Positions 51,744-61,056 of a stretch of 64,000 bases of DNA are shown here, one piece after another. Position numbers and translations under genes: made by a program. Source of the stretch: Candidatus Multivoradales bacterium (GTDB lineage: Bacteria > Acidobacteriota > Thermoanaerobaculia > Multivoradales > JAHEKO01); assembly GCA_965223155.1 (NCBI GenBank), contig CBDCVR010000014.1, positions 384,001-448,000 on the forward strand, given 5' to 3'. The notes under the pieces were generated by a model that worked only from the letters and a program-made list of their open reading frames with translations, ran no database searches and was not told the origin of the DNA. Within the stretch, counting starts at the first letter, position 1. Each line of letters opens with the position of its first letter.

Positions 51744-52952
51744 ATGCCCCGCCTCCTGAACCAAGACTCGAACGCCGCGGTCGAGTGGCTGGGGCGCGCC
51801 TGCGGACGGTTCTTGCAGGCGCGCGAAGGGGCGGCGCCACCCCTGGCTCTTGACGTTGGGGTCGACGCCCTGCAACCTCTAGCACCCGCGCACGGCCTCG
51901 AGCCGCTGCTGCATGGCTTGGTCGCGACCGGCGGCATCGCGCGCGAGACCGTTCCGGCCTCGCTCCGGGAGCGCTGGTTGGCGGACTATTGTCGAACGAC
52001 GGTGGCGAACCGGCGCGCGCTCTCGGAGCTGGAGCGCTTGCTGGACAGTTGCCGCCGGCAGTCCGTCGAGATACTCGTATTCAAGGGACTGGCACACGTC
52101 GCGGGGGTCTACCGGGATCCCGGCTTGCGGCCGATGGTGGACGTGGATCTGCTGTGCCGGCCAGCCGCTCTAGCGGCACTCGAACGGGCATTCGTCGAAG
52201 AGGGTTATGAGCCCGTCGACTGGTCGATCCATCACGCGACCTTCGCGACAAAGGCAGGTCTCCTACGGTTTGAGGTCCATCAGAGCCTCTGGGATTTGAT
52301 CGCAGAAGGTGGCCGTTTTCTCGATGAGGTCTGGCGGTCCCAGACGGTGGCCGAGGTGGACGGTTTTCGTTTCTGTGTTCCTTCGGTCGAGGTCAGCGTA
52401 GTCCTAGACACCGCCCATGCCCTGCAGCACGACCTCGGCCAGGGATTGCGGCAAGCCGTGGATCTCGTCGGCTCCCTGGCGACACCGGGCCTTTCGGTCC
52501 CCCGGCTGGACGCGTTGCTCGGCGAGACAGACCTAAAGCCGGAATTCGTCCGAGTCGCGGGTCTCTATCGCCAGTTTCTGGGCGACGGACTCTTCCCAGA
52601 GGCGCTCGCGATACCCGAGCCGCATCTCTCCGATCGAGAATTCGCGCAACAACGTTGGTCCAGCCTGGCCTTGGACTCCGGGGTTCGTTTCCTGGGAGAG
52701 CTCCGCGCCCGGACGGGCCCCGCCGGCAAGCTGAGACACCTGTGGCGTTTGCTGGTTCGGCCCACCGGCCTCGGCGGCATGGGCGGAATGGGCGGCAGGA
52801 AGATCAGGAATCTCGGCCGCTGGCGCCAGCACCTGGCCAACCTCGCGAAACGCGCTTGGCGCAAGAGCCTGGGCCGGTCTCGGAGCCGGAGCGCCCTGGT
52901 AGGCTCCTGGAAGGCCCAGGTCTACCGCCGACGCGGCCACTCTGGCAGATGA
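51744..52952 (+). CDS. Nucleotidyltransferase family protein (NTP_transf_5-like; start uncertain)
   Basis: FKGLAH..YRDPGLRPMVDVDLL and FEVH motifs. Confidence 0.8.
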   Translation: MPRLLNQDSNAAVEWLGRACGRFLQAREGAAPPLALDVGVDALQPLAPAHGLEPLLHGLVATGGIARETVPASLRERWLADYCRTTVANRRALSELERLLDSCRRQSVEILVFKGLAHVAGVYRDPGLRPMVDVDLLCRPAALAALERAFVEEGYEPVDWSIHHATFATKAGLLRFEVHQSLWDLIAEGGRFLDEVWRSQTVAEVDGFRFCVPSVEVSVVLDTAHALQHDLGQGLRQAVDLVGSLATPGLSVPRLDALLGETDLKPEFVRVAGLYRQFLGDGLFPEALAIPEPHLSDREFAQQRWSSLALDSGVRFLGELRARTGPAGKLRHLWRLLVRPTGLGGMGGMGGRKIRNLGRWRQHLANLAKRAWRKSLGRSRSRSALVGSWKAQVYRRRGHSGR

Positions 52953-53174
52953 TTCTGAGAGCCTCTCCGGAAGACCTGGGGGCCGGCGGTGGCGGCCTCC
53001 GGCGCCCATTCAGAGAGCCATCCAATCGGCGGCCGCGGCACGCCGCTCGCCCCCCATGCCAGACCGAATGCGGGGGCCTACTGGGGTTCCCTTTGGACCG
53101 GCACTTCGATATATTCCGCGCCGGCCGCGTTCCGCGGTCACACCCCCAAACATCAAGCAAGCGAGTCACGAACT

Positions 53175-54887
53175 ATGTCGAATGTTGCGACGCAGGACTT
53201 ACGTCCGCTTCTCGTCTCCCCCGATCAGGCCGAAGAGCTGAAATCCGAGGCAATACATCTCAAGTCCTGGGATCTGAACTTTCAGCAGATCTGGGACAGC
53301 GAGCTGCTCCTGAACGGAGCCTTCTCCCCTCTGGCCGGATACCACACCGAGGCCGACTATCGAGGCGTGCTGGACGGCATGCGCACCGCCGACGGAGCGC
53401 TCTGGCCGATGCCGATCACCCTCGACGTCACCGAAGAGTTCGCCGAAGGGCTGACCCAGGGCGAGCGCGTTGCCCTTCGCCACCCCGAAGGCATGGTCCT
53501 GGCGATCCTGACGGTCTCCGACATCTGGCGCCCGGACGCAGACGAGGAAGCCTCCAAGGTCTTCGGCACCACGAACCCGGACCATCCCGGGGTCTTTCAG
53601 CTCAAGCACGAGACCCATCCCGTGTACCTGGGCGGACGGCTCGAAGGCGTCGAGCTGCCTCCGCACCACACCTACCAGCGCCACCGGCACACGCCGGAGC
53701 AACTGCGGGCCGAGTTCGATCGGCTGGGCTGGAAGCGCATCGTGGCTTTCCAGACCCGGAATCCGATGCACCGCGCGCACGTCGAGCTGGTACAGCGCGC
53801 CGCGCTCGAAAACGACGCGAAGATCCTGATCCATCCGGTCGTCGGACGCACCAGCCCGGGCGACGTGGACTACTTTTCACGGGTGCGCTGCTACGAGGCG
53901 GTGGTCGACCAGCTGCCGCCGCAGGTTGCCAAGCTCAGCCTCTTGCCGCTGGCGATGCGCATGGGCGGTCCGCGCGAGGCACTCTGGCACGCCCTCATCC
54001 GGCGCAACTACGGCTGCACGCATTTCATCGTCGGACGCGACCACGCCGGTCCACGGGACCGGGACGGCAACTCGTTCTACGGCCCCTACGACGCCCAGGA
54101 GCTCGTCAAGCAACATGCCGACGAGACCGGCATCGAGCTGGTTCCCTTCCAGGAGGTCGTCTACTGCCAGGAGCGGGGCGAGTACATGGCCCGCTCGGAG
54201 GTCCCCGAGGACGCCACGATTCTGAATCTCTCGGGCACCGAGTTGCGCCGCCGGCTTCGCGAGGGCGCCGACATTCCCTCCTGGTTCTCGTTTCCGGAGG
54301 TCATCACCTCGTTGCGCCGCCGCTATCCGCCGCGCTCGCGCCAGGGCTACACCATCTTCTTTACCGGCCTTTCAGGGTCCGGCAAGTCCACGGTCGCCCA
54401 GATCCTGATCGCCAAGCTGATGGAGATCGACGATCGGCCGGTGACACTCCTGGACGGCGACATCGTGCGCAAGAACTTGTCGAGCGAGCTGGGCTTTTCG
54501 AAAGAGCACCGCGACCTCAACATCCAGCGCATCGGCTTCGTGGCCAGCGAGATCACCAAGAACCGAGGCGCCGCGGTATGCGCTCCAATCGCGCCCTACG
54601 AGAAGACTCGGCGCCAGGTCCGAGACCTGATCGAGCTCCACGGGGGCTTCGTCGAGGTCCACGTCTCGACACCGCTCGAGGTCTGTGAAGATCGCGACCG
54701 CAAGGGTCTGTACGCCAAGGCACGGGCCGGACTGATCAAGGAATTCACCGGCATCGATGACCCATACGAGGAGCCGGACACTCCCGAGGTCGTGATCGAC
54801 ACCTCGCTCCTGACCGCCGAACGCGCGGCTCTCAAGGTCGTCGACTTCCTGCGCCGGGAAGGCTTCCTCGAGCGCTCCCGCTCCTGA
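53175..54887 (+). CDS. sat/cysC: Bifunctional sulfate adenylyltransferase / adenylylsulfate kinase
   Basis: FQTRNPMHRAH, VGRDHAG, FTGLSGSGKST, LDGD, RDRKGLY. Confidence 0.95.
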   Translation: MSNVATQDLRPLLVSPDQAEELKSEAIHLKSWDLNFQQIWDSELLLNGAFSPLAGYHTEADYRGVLDGMRTADGALWPMPITLDVTEEFAEGLTQGERVALRHPEGMVLAILTVSDIWRPDADEEASKVFGTTNPDHPGVFQLKHETHPVYLGGRLEGVELPPHHTYQRHRHTPEQLRAEFDRLGWKRIVAFQTRNPMHRAHVELVQRAALENDAKILIHPVVGRTSPGDVDYFSRVRCYEAVVDQLPPQVAKLSLLPLAMRMGGPREALWHALIRRNYGCTHFIVGRDHAGPRDRDGNSFYGPYDAQELVKQHADETGIELVPFQEVVYCQERGEYMARSEVPEDATILNLSGTELRRRLREGADIPSWFSFPEVITSLRRRYPPRSRQGYTIFFTGLSGSGKSTVAQILIAKLMEIDDRPVTLLDGDIVRKNLSSELGFSKEHRDLNIQRIGFVASEITKNRGAAVCAPIAPYEKTRRQVRDLIELHGGFVEVHVSTPLEVCEDRDRKGLYAKARAGLIKEFTGIDDPYEEPDTPEVVIDTSLLTAERAALKVVDFLRREGFLERSRS

Positions 54888-54900
54888 CCCTTCCGACTCG

Positions 54901-55680
54901 ATGTACGAAGAGATCCTCGAGCGGATCGCGGAGTCGCTGGAAGCGGCACGCGAGGTCCTGGAGCAGTTCACGCCGGGCCGGATCGAAGCTCGGCACAAGG
55001 CCGGCGGTGATCCGGTCACTGAAGCCGACCTGGCGGTCAACGCCGTTCTGGAGCGCATCCTGCCCCGCTCCGGCGAGGCCTGGCTGTCCGAGGAAACCAA
55101 GGACGACCCGTCACGCCTCGAAGCCGAGCGCGTCTGGATCGTGGATCCGATCGACGGCACCAAGGAGTTTGTAACCGGGATTCCGGAGTGGTGCGTGTCG
55201 GTCGGCTACGTAGTCGGCGGCGAGGCTGTTGCCGGCGGCATTCTGAGTCCCTCGACCGACCAGTTGATCCTGGGCTCCCTGGAGTCGGGAGTGACCCTCA
55301 ACGGCGAACCGGTCCGGCCCCGGCCGACGAAAGACCTGGCCGACGCCGTGGTCCTCGCCAGCCGCAGCGAAATCCGGCGCGGCGAATGGGAGCAGTACGC
55401 GGAGAGCGCGTTCACCTTGCAGCCGATGGGCTCGGTGGCTTTCAAGATGGCCCTGGTCGCGGCCGGCGAGGTTGACGCCACCTGGACCCTGGTGCCCAAG
55501 AACGAATGGGACGTGGCGGCTTCCACGGCCCTGGTTCACGCCGCCGGCGGCAAGGTCTTCGTGCCGGGTGCCGGAGCGCCCAGCTTCAACCGGGCCGATC
55601 TGAAGTTTCCCGGCCTCGCCGCACTCGGGCCCGGCACCGAAGAGCTCTTCGGGGACGAGTCCTTCACTCTGCGCCGCTAG
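54901..55680 (+). CDS. cysQ: 3'(2'),5'-bisphosphate nucleotidase (CysQ/inositol monophosphatase family)
   Basis: DPVTEAD, SEE, VDPIDGT, EWDVAA; adjacent to sat/cysC. Confidence 0.85.
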   Translation: MYEEILERIAESLEAAREVLEQFTPGRIEARHKAGGDPVTEADLAVNAVLERILPRSGEAWLSEETKDDPSRLEAERVWIVDPIDGTKEFVTGIPEWCVSVGYVVGGEAVAGGILSPSTDQLILGSLESGVTLNGEPVRPRPTKDLADAVVLASRSEIRRGEWEQYAESAFTLQPMGSVAFKMALVAAGEVDATWTLVPKNEWDVAASTALVHAAGGKVFVPGAGAPSFNRADLKFPGLAALGPGTEELFGDESFTLRR

Positions 55681-55699
55681 CGGCACTCGGTAGACTGCC

Positions 55700-56029
55700 A
55701 TGCAGGTTCGTCTCTTCTACTACCGACCCTCCTGAACCAGCTCGATGAGCGCCCGGGCGGCGCTTGACGGCGCCGGATTGCCCGTGGAGCGCGAACGCTC
55801 CACCAGCCGCGAACCGCTGTCCGATGGCGACGCCGCCAAACTCCTCGGCCAGGTAGAGACGGTTCATCTCTGCCGGGGACGCAAGGTCGAGCGCCTGGAC
55901 GCGGCGGCCGTCGACGTCGACCGCCTCAAGGGACCGACCGGCAAGATCCGGGCGCCGCTTGTCTGGCTCGACGACGTCCTGCTGGTGGGCTACGGCCATG
56001 AGGCCCTCGCCGAGCTCCTGGCCTCCTAG
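55700..56029 (+). CDS. ArsC/Spx-like thioredoxin-fold selenoprotein (UxxS)
   Basis: ATG 55700 gives MQVRLFYYRPS-UGA(55733)-TSSMSARAALD..., in frame with ORF 55745..56029 (GPTGKIRAP). Hairpin GAGCGCC-CGGGC-GGCGCTT begins 11 nt after the UGA. Confidence 0.78.
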
Positions 56030-56034
56030 AGGCT

Positions 56035-56784
56035 TCAGCTCAGCTCGAAGTCGACGACCACCGGCAGATGGTCGCTCGCGACCTTGGAAGCCGCCAGCCG
56101 GCATCTGCGGGCGGCGATGCGCTTGAGCGATCCTCGGTAGTAGACACAATCGAGCGGCCCCCGGGGCGAGAACGAGGGATAGGTCTTGATCGCGGTCGAG
56201 GCCCCGTCCGAGGGGCTCTCGGTGGCGCAGGAAAATCCCGAGACGTTGAGGAAGAACGGCCGCAGGAGCGAGCGCCAGTCGTTGAAGTCGCCCGCGACCA
56301 GGCAGGCTTGGTCCGGAGCCAGGGCGGCAAACTCGTCCGAGCTCGCCAGCAGCCCGACTTGCTGACGCCGTTCGCGCGCCGACAGCCCCAGATGCAGATT
56401 GAAGACGTCGAGCCGATGGGGCGAGCCGCGCCGTTTTTCGATCCAGAGGGTCGTGTGCAAACAGCCGCGCCGCTTCTTGCGCCCCACCGTCAGATCGATG
56501 TTCCGGAACTGGTCGATCGGGTACCGGCTCAGGGTCGCGTTGCCGTACCGTCCCCTCCTGAGCGAGACGTTGTAGCCAGCGGCCCGGTAGCCAAATCCCA
56601 GCTCCTGAGCCAACTCCTCGGCCAGATCCAGGCGTCGAGAGCGAGGCACGCCTTGATCGACCTCCTGGAGCAGCACTACGTCGGCGTCATGGTGCTCGAT
56701 CACACCGGCCACTCGCTCGAGCCGGAAGGACCGATCGACACCGATGGCTCGGTGGATGTTGTAGGTGAGGATCCGGAGCTTCAC
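56035..56784 (-). CDS. Endonuclease/exonuclease/phosphatase family protein
   Basis: TYNIH, LQEVD, GDFN, SDHLP. Confidence 0.9.
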   Translation of the reverse strand: MKLRILTYNIHRAIGVDRSFRLERVAGVIEHHDADVVLLQEVDQGVPRSRRLDLAEELAQELGFGYRAAGYNVSLRRGRYGNATLSRYPIDQFRNIDLTVGRKKRRGCLHTTLWIEKRRGSPHRLDVFNLHLGLSARERRQQVGLLASSDEFAALAPDQACLVAGDFNDWRSLLRPFFLNVSGFSCATESPSDGASTAIKTYPSFSPRGPLDCVYYRGSLKRIAARRCRLAASKVASDHLPVVVDFELS

Positions 56785-57275
56785 CGCGCTGGATCCGTGG
56801 CCGTAGCTTCGCTGCCGGCGGCGCCGAACGCGGTCTCGATTCTGGCCGCCAGCTCGTCCCGCGCCACCCGAAAGGCTTCGAGACGCTCCTGCCGGTCCCC
56901 CTCGACGGCGGCGGGGTCGGCGATCGACCAGTGCAGCGAGCGCCGGGCGCTTGGAAACACCGGACAGGACTCGCGAGCGCCGTCACAGACGGTCACCACC
57001 GTCTCGATCGCCTCGTCCAGGAACCGCTCGTAGGTCTTGGAGGTCTGCTCCGAGATGTCGGCGCCCAGCTCGCGCAGGACCTCGATGGCTTCAGAACGAA
57101 CACGGGTGGCGAGGGTCCCGGCGCTGGCCACCTCCCGATGCGGATATTTGTGGCGGAACAGCCCTTCAGCCATCTGCGAGCGCGCGCTATTGTGGGTACA
57201 CAGAAACAGGATCTTGCCAGGCGTCAGGGGACCTCGACCTCCGTGGATCTTCCGGCTAGTAGACTTTCCGGCCAT
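56781..57275 (-). CDS. arsC: LMW-PTP-type arsenate reductase / phosphatase
   Basis: FLCTHNSARSQMAEG, VTVCD...CPVFP, WSIADP. Start uncertain. Confidence 0.85.
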   Translation of the reverse strand: MAGKSTSRKIHGGRGPLTPGKILFLCTHNSARSQMAEGLFRHKYPHREVASAGTLATRVRSEAIEVLRELGADISEQTSKTYERFLDEAIETVVTVCDGARESCPVFPSARRSLHWSIADPAAVEGDRQERLEAFRVARDELAARIETAFGAAGSEATATDPAR

Positions 57276-57413
57276 GCGCATTCTAGTCGACGGCCCTGGC
57301 GCGCGCCGGCCACGGCTCGGGCCCGCCCCGAGCCGGATCGGGCTCGACTTGATGCCAACCTTCAGAGCCCGCGCCTCGGCGGCGGCCCATGGCCCTCGGG
57401 AGGGGTCGGGCCG

Positions 57414-59699
57414 GTGATCCACGATCTCATCGGCATCGCGGCGGTTGTCGGAACCTTGCTGGCCCTGTGGCTGGTGCTTTCCCGGACCCGATCGCGCCTC
57501 GGCTCATGGGTCGAGGCCGTCTTGATGACGGCGACGGCGGCCGGCTGGATTGCCGTTGCCAGTTTCAACCTGCTGGCTCTGGCCGGCTGGTTCCGGCTTG
57601 GACCCGCCCTGGCCGTGGTTCTCGCGGGAACCGTGATCGCGCTTCGCGGCAAACACCATCTCGTCCCGCGAACGCCGGCCACGGACCGCAAGCTCGGCTC
57701 CAGACTGCCGCTGCCGCTGCCGGTTTTGGTCGCCGCCGTGCCTCTGGGCGTGGTGGTAACCCTGCGCGCGCTCAAGGGCCTGGTCTCGCCCCAGCTGGCC
57801 TGGGACTCGATGACCTACCACCTGCCCAAGATCGCCTTCTGGGTGCAGAGCGGGCGGCTCCGCCTGCCGGACTTCCCCGACGCCTGGACCTACTACCGCT
57901 ATTTTCCGCACGGTGCCGAAGCGATCTTCGCCTGGCCGGTCCTCATGACCCGCAGCGACGCCCTCTTGGGCCCGGCCGGCGTCCTCATCTGGGCTCTGGT
58001 CGTGACCGCCACCGCGGTGTTGGCCTCCGAACTCGCTGGGCTTTCTGGTTCTTCGGAGCCAGGCGAGCCAGCCGAGCAGAGCCAACGGGTCGAGCGGACG
58101 GACCGGGGCAGCGACCTCGGTGCCACCTGGGCCGTGGGCCTTGCGATTGGCGCCCTGCCGGCCCTGCTGGCCTTTGCGACGGCGACCTACTCCGACACCC
58201 TGCTCGGACTCGCGGTGGTCTTGGCGGTCCTCTACACGGTTCGATTTCTACGAGGCGGAAGGACCGCCGACTTCCTGGCGGCCGCCGCCCCGACCGGTCT
58301 CATGCTCGCCATCAAGATCTCCAGCGCTCCCACCGCCGGCTTGTTGCTCGCCTTGCTCGCGGCCGGCTGGATCCGTCATCGCGGAACGACGCTGGCCGCG
58401 GCCGCCGGAATCGTCCTCGCGGCCGGACCCAACCTTGGCTATCTGGAGGCCTGGCTTGCAGCCGGCTCGCCCTTCTACCCGTTCAAGGCCCCGTTGCTGG
58501 ACGGTCTCCCCTACCACGAGGCTCTGCACCGGATGCTCTCCGGCGCCTTCGACATGGGGGACCATGTGCCTCAGTCCGCATTCGAGATCGCCCGCGCGCT
58601 CTTCTGGGGCGCGCCCCCGGGCCCCGGCAACGCTCACCTCAACTTCGGCCTCGGCGGCTTGCTGCTGGCGGCTCTCGCCGTGGGAGGCGCCGTCCGGGGC
58701 CTCCTATGGCACCGATCCCCGGCTGAAGAGCGCGCAGCACCGAGCGCCCGCGGAGCGGTGATCCTGCTCTTCCTGGTCGCGGCCAGCGCGCTCCCGGCGT
58801 TTCTGGGCGAAGGCAGCCTGGGACTGCGAACCTTCTGGATCGACGTCATGGCGCGGGGACTGTTGGCGTTCTTCCTGCCGCTTCTGACGTGCGCGGCGCT
58901 GCTGCCGGCCGGCTGGCGCACCGGCGGTGTGACCCTGAGCCTCCTGGCCAGCGCGGTCCACTACCTGCCCCTTGGCTGGTCGCCGGCAATGACCGGGCCG
59001 GCGCTCGTGGTGGCGGTGGCGACGATCTTGGCCGTGTCTGTCTGGCTCGCACTACGCCGACGGCTCCGGGCCGGGCCATCTCGATTCGGCCCACTCGGTC
59101 TCGCCGCCGGGGTCCTGGCCGCGGGCGCCTTTCTCGCCGGCTGGCTGGTGCTTCGGGACCGCGTTCGGCATTCCATCCTGGCCGAGACCACGGCGGCCTC
59201 CCGGGCCTACGACGCCCATCTCATCGGCAACCACTTCGCTCTGATGGCCCCGGTCTGGCGCGCGCTCGACCGGCCGGAAGGTGGTCGAATCGCCGTGGTC
59301 GTGGCACCGGACAAGGCGGGGCACAATCAGTTCCTCTTTCCGCTCTTCGGAGCCCGCCTCCAGAACGAGCTCGTCTGGGTGCCGGTCACCGCTGCCAAGA
59401 GCGAGTCCAGCCTGGAGCCGGTCGATCGCTACCGCAACGCCCGACCCGATCTCTGGCTGGAGCGCCTTGCCCGTCTTCGAGTCGACGCAATCGTCGGTCT
59501 CTGGCCCGCGACGCCCGAGCGGGACTGGCTGACCCGGCAGCCGGAACGCTACGAGGTGCGAAGGCTCCACGCCTCGGGCGCCCCCTGGGTCGCGTACCCG
59601 CGCACAGCCGCTGGTCCGGGCGACCGACGGCACGGCAGGCCGTCTTCGGACGGCACGACCGCCGCGGCACCCGGCTCAGACGAGACGGCGACGCCGTGA
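57414..59699 (+). CDS. Polytopic membrane protein, GT-C (PMT/ArnT-like) candidate
   Basis: Many TM helices, WDSMTYHLP loop motif, GSPFYP. Confidence 0.6.
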   Translation: MIHDLIGIAAVVGTLLALWLVLSRTRSRLGSWVEAVLMTATAAGWIAVASFNLLALAGWFRLGPALAVVLAGTVIALRGKHHLVPRTPATDRKLGSRLPLPLPVLVAAVPLGVVVTLRALKGLVSPQLAWDSMTYHLPKIAFWVQSGRLRLPDFPDAWTYYRYFPHGAEAIFAWPVLMTRSDALLGPAGVLIWALVVTATAVLASELAGLSGSSEPGEPAEQSQRVERTDRGSDLGATWAVGLAIGALPALLAFATATYSDTLLGLAVVLAVLYTVRFLRGGRTADFLAAAAPTGLMLAIKISSAPTAGLLLALLAAGWIRHRGTTLAAAAGIVLAAGPNLGYLEAWLAAGSPFYPFKAPLLDGLPYHEALHRMLSGAFDMGDHVPQSAFEIARALFWGAPPGPGNAHLNFGLGGLLLAALAVGGAVRGLLWHRSPAEERAAPSARGAVILLFLVAASALPAFLGEGSLGLRTFWIDVMARGLLAFFLPLLTCAALLPAGWRTGGVTLSLLASAVHYLPLGWSPAMTGPALVVAVATILAVSVWLALRRRLRAGPSRFGPLGLAAGVLAAGAFLAGWLVLRDRVRHSILAETTAASRAYDAHLIGNHFALMAPVWRALDRPEGGRIAVVVAPDKAGHNQFLFPLFGARLQNELVWVPVTAAKSESSLEPVDRYRNARPDLWLERLARLRVDAIVGLWPATPERDWLTRQPERYEVRRLHASGAPWVAYPRTAAGPGDRRHGRPSSDGTTAAAPGSDETATP

Positions 59700-60112
59700 C
59701 TCGAAGTCTGCCCATCGTCCTTCTTGCCGAGACCTTCGCCGTGGTTCGGCTGCCGGCGGACGCGCCTACCCCCAACTGGGCCCGCGGTCCCGTGCTCTCG
59801 ATCACGCGAACTCCAGGGGAGCTCTCGATCGTCTGCGAAGAGCGCCACGTACCCGGGGAGGCTCAGGCCGAGCGCGGATGGCGCTGCCTCGGAGTCGCTC
59901 AGACCCTCGACTTCGGCATGGTCGGCGTCCTCAGCCGGCTGACAACGGCCCTTGCCGAGGCCGGGATCAGCCTCTTCGCCCTGTCCACCTTTGACACGGA
60001 CTATCTGCTGGTGCGGCAAGACGACGTCCAGCCAGCGCTCGCGGCCCTGGACCGGGCCGGGTTTCCGCGGGTCGAAGACGGCTCGGCGAATTCCGATCCT
60101 GGCCGACCCTAG
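59696..60112 (+). CDS. Tandem ACT-domain protein
   Basis: SITRTPGELSIVC, LDFGMVGVL, STFDTDYLLV. Confidence 0.85.
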   Translation: MTRSLPIVLLAETFAVVRLPADAPTPNWARGPVLSITRTPGELSIVCEERHVPGEAQAERGWRCLGVAQTLDFGMVGVLSRLTTALAEAGISLFALSTFDTDYLLVRQDDVQPALAALDRAGFPRVEDGSANSDPGRP

Positions 60113-60196
60113 CACCGGCGGGCGGTCGAGCTGGTTCCAAACGGGTCCGGACGAGTCCGGCCCGAATGCGCGGCCGGGTTGGTTTGAGTTGGGCCG

Positions 60197-60706
60197 CTAG
60201 GGCCGAGGGGCCTCGGAGTCTTCCTCGTCCTCGACCACGTGGTGCTCGAGCACGTGGTTGCCGATCCACTGGGCCATCACGTGCCTGGGCAGCGGCGCCA
60301 GAGTCACCGGAAGGGTGAGGACCTCTCCGGCCCTGCGCACCGTCAACCGCACCTTGTTCCCGGGCACCAGGGACTTCTTGACCTCTTTGTACATGGCCTC
60401 GTCCCCGGTCTTGGTCGAGACGCCGTTGAACGCCAGGATGACGTCGCCAATGGCGAGTCCAGCCTCTTCGGCGGGGCTATTCGAAACGACTTGGGTGAGT
60501 ACCTGGTCTCCGGACTCGCTGTTCCACTCGATCCCGATCCATCCGCGTCCCGAGAGCTCGGTCTTGAGCTTGTGCACGCACTCCGAAAGATCCGCGGAGC
60601 AGCGCTTCGGCTCTTCAGCTTGTTTCGCGTCATCCTCGCCGAAGGCGGGGAGCCCCAGCGAACCAACGGTCAGGGTTAGGGCCAAGATCAAGGTCAGGTT
60701 TTTCAT
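60197..60706 (-). CDS. Secreted PDZ-domain protein
   Basis: Signal peptide, GWIGI, SPAEEAGLAIGDVILAFNG. Confidence 0.85.
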   Translation of the reverse strand: MKNLTLILALTLTVGSLGLPAFGEDDAKQAEEPKRCSADLSECVHKLKTELSGRGWIGIEWNSESGDQVLTQVVSNSPAEEAGLAIGDVILAFNGVSTKTGDEAMYKEVKKSLVPGNKVRLTVRRAGEVLTLPVTLAPLPRHVMAQWIGNHVLEHHVVEDEEDSEAPRP

Positions 60707-60740
60707 GATGGAACTCCGTCGACTCGTCCTTCGAGTTGCA

Positions 60741-61040
60741 TTACAAGCACGCTCCGTACACGTCGTCGAACGGATCGCATGCCGCGGTGTGGGTCTGGAG
60801 GCCGAGACCCGGAAACGCTGGTCCAATGATGGTCAGCGGATCGTCTCCGGCGGGGCCCGTGCCCGGACCGGGGGCGCCACCCGAAGCACCCGTCCGGGGG
60901 CCTGACACGACTTCTTGATCTGCTGTGGTTGTCGTCAAATGGCTCTCCATCGCTCCTCCGGCTACCGCGCCATTCGGGGCTTGGCAGCCGATCAGGGCCA
61001 GGAGACCGATCGCGATCCATCCATACGAGAAACGGGTCAC
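60741..61040 (-). CDS. Small hypothetical lipoprotein
   Basis: LALIGC lipobox, Gly/Pro-rich linker, C-terminal CDPFDDVYGAC. Confidence 0.4.
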   Translation of the reverse strand: MTRFSYGWIAIGLLALIGCQAPNGAVAGGAMESHLTTTTADQEVVSGPRTGASGGAPGPGTGPAGDDPLTIIGPAFPGLGLQTHTAACDPFDDVYGACL

Positions 61041-61056
61041 ATGCGCCACCTGGCCC

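Noticed and set aside
51643-51760. Possible frameshifted N-terminus of the nucleotidyltransferase (coupled ATG at 51643 in another frame)
   Set aside because: No recognisable motif upstream to support it; needs homologue alignment.
46326-52952. Interpretation as a lasso peptide cluster
   Set aside because: No asparagine-synthetase-like cyclase or transglutaminase B2, and the precursor lacks a lasso-type core with an acceptor Asp/Glu.
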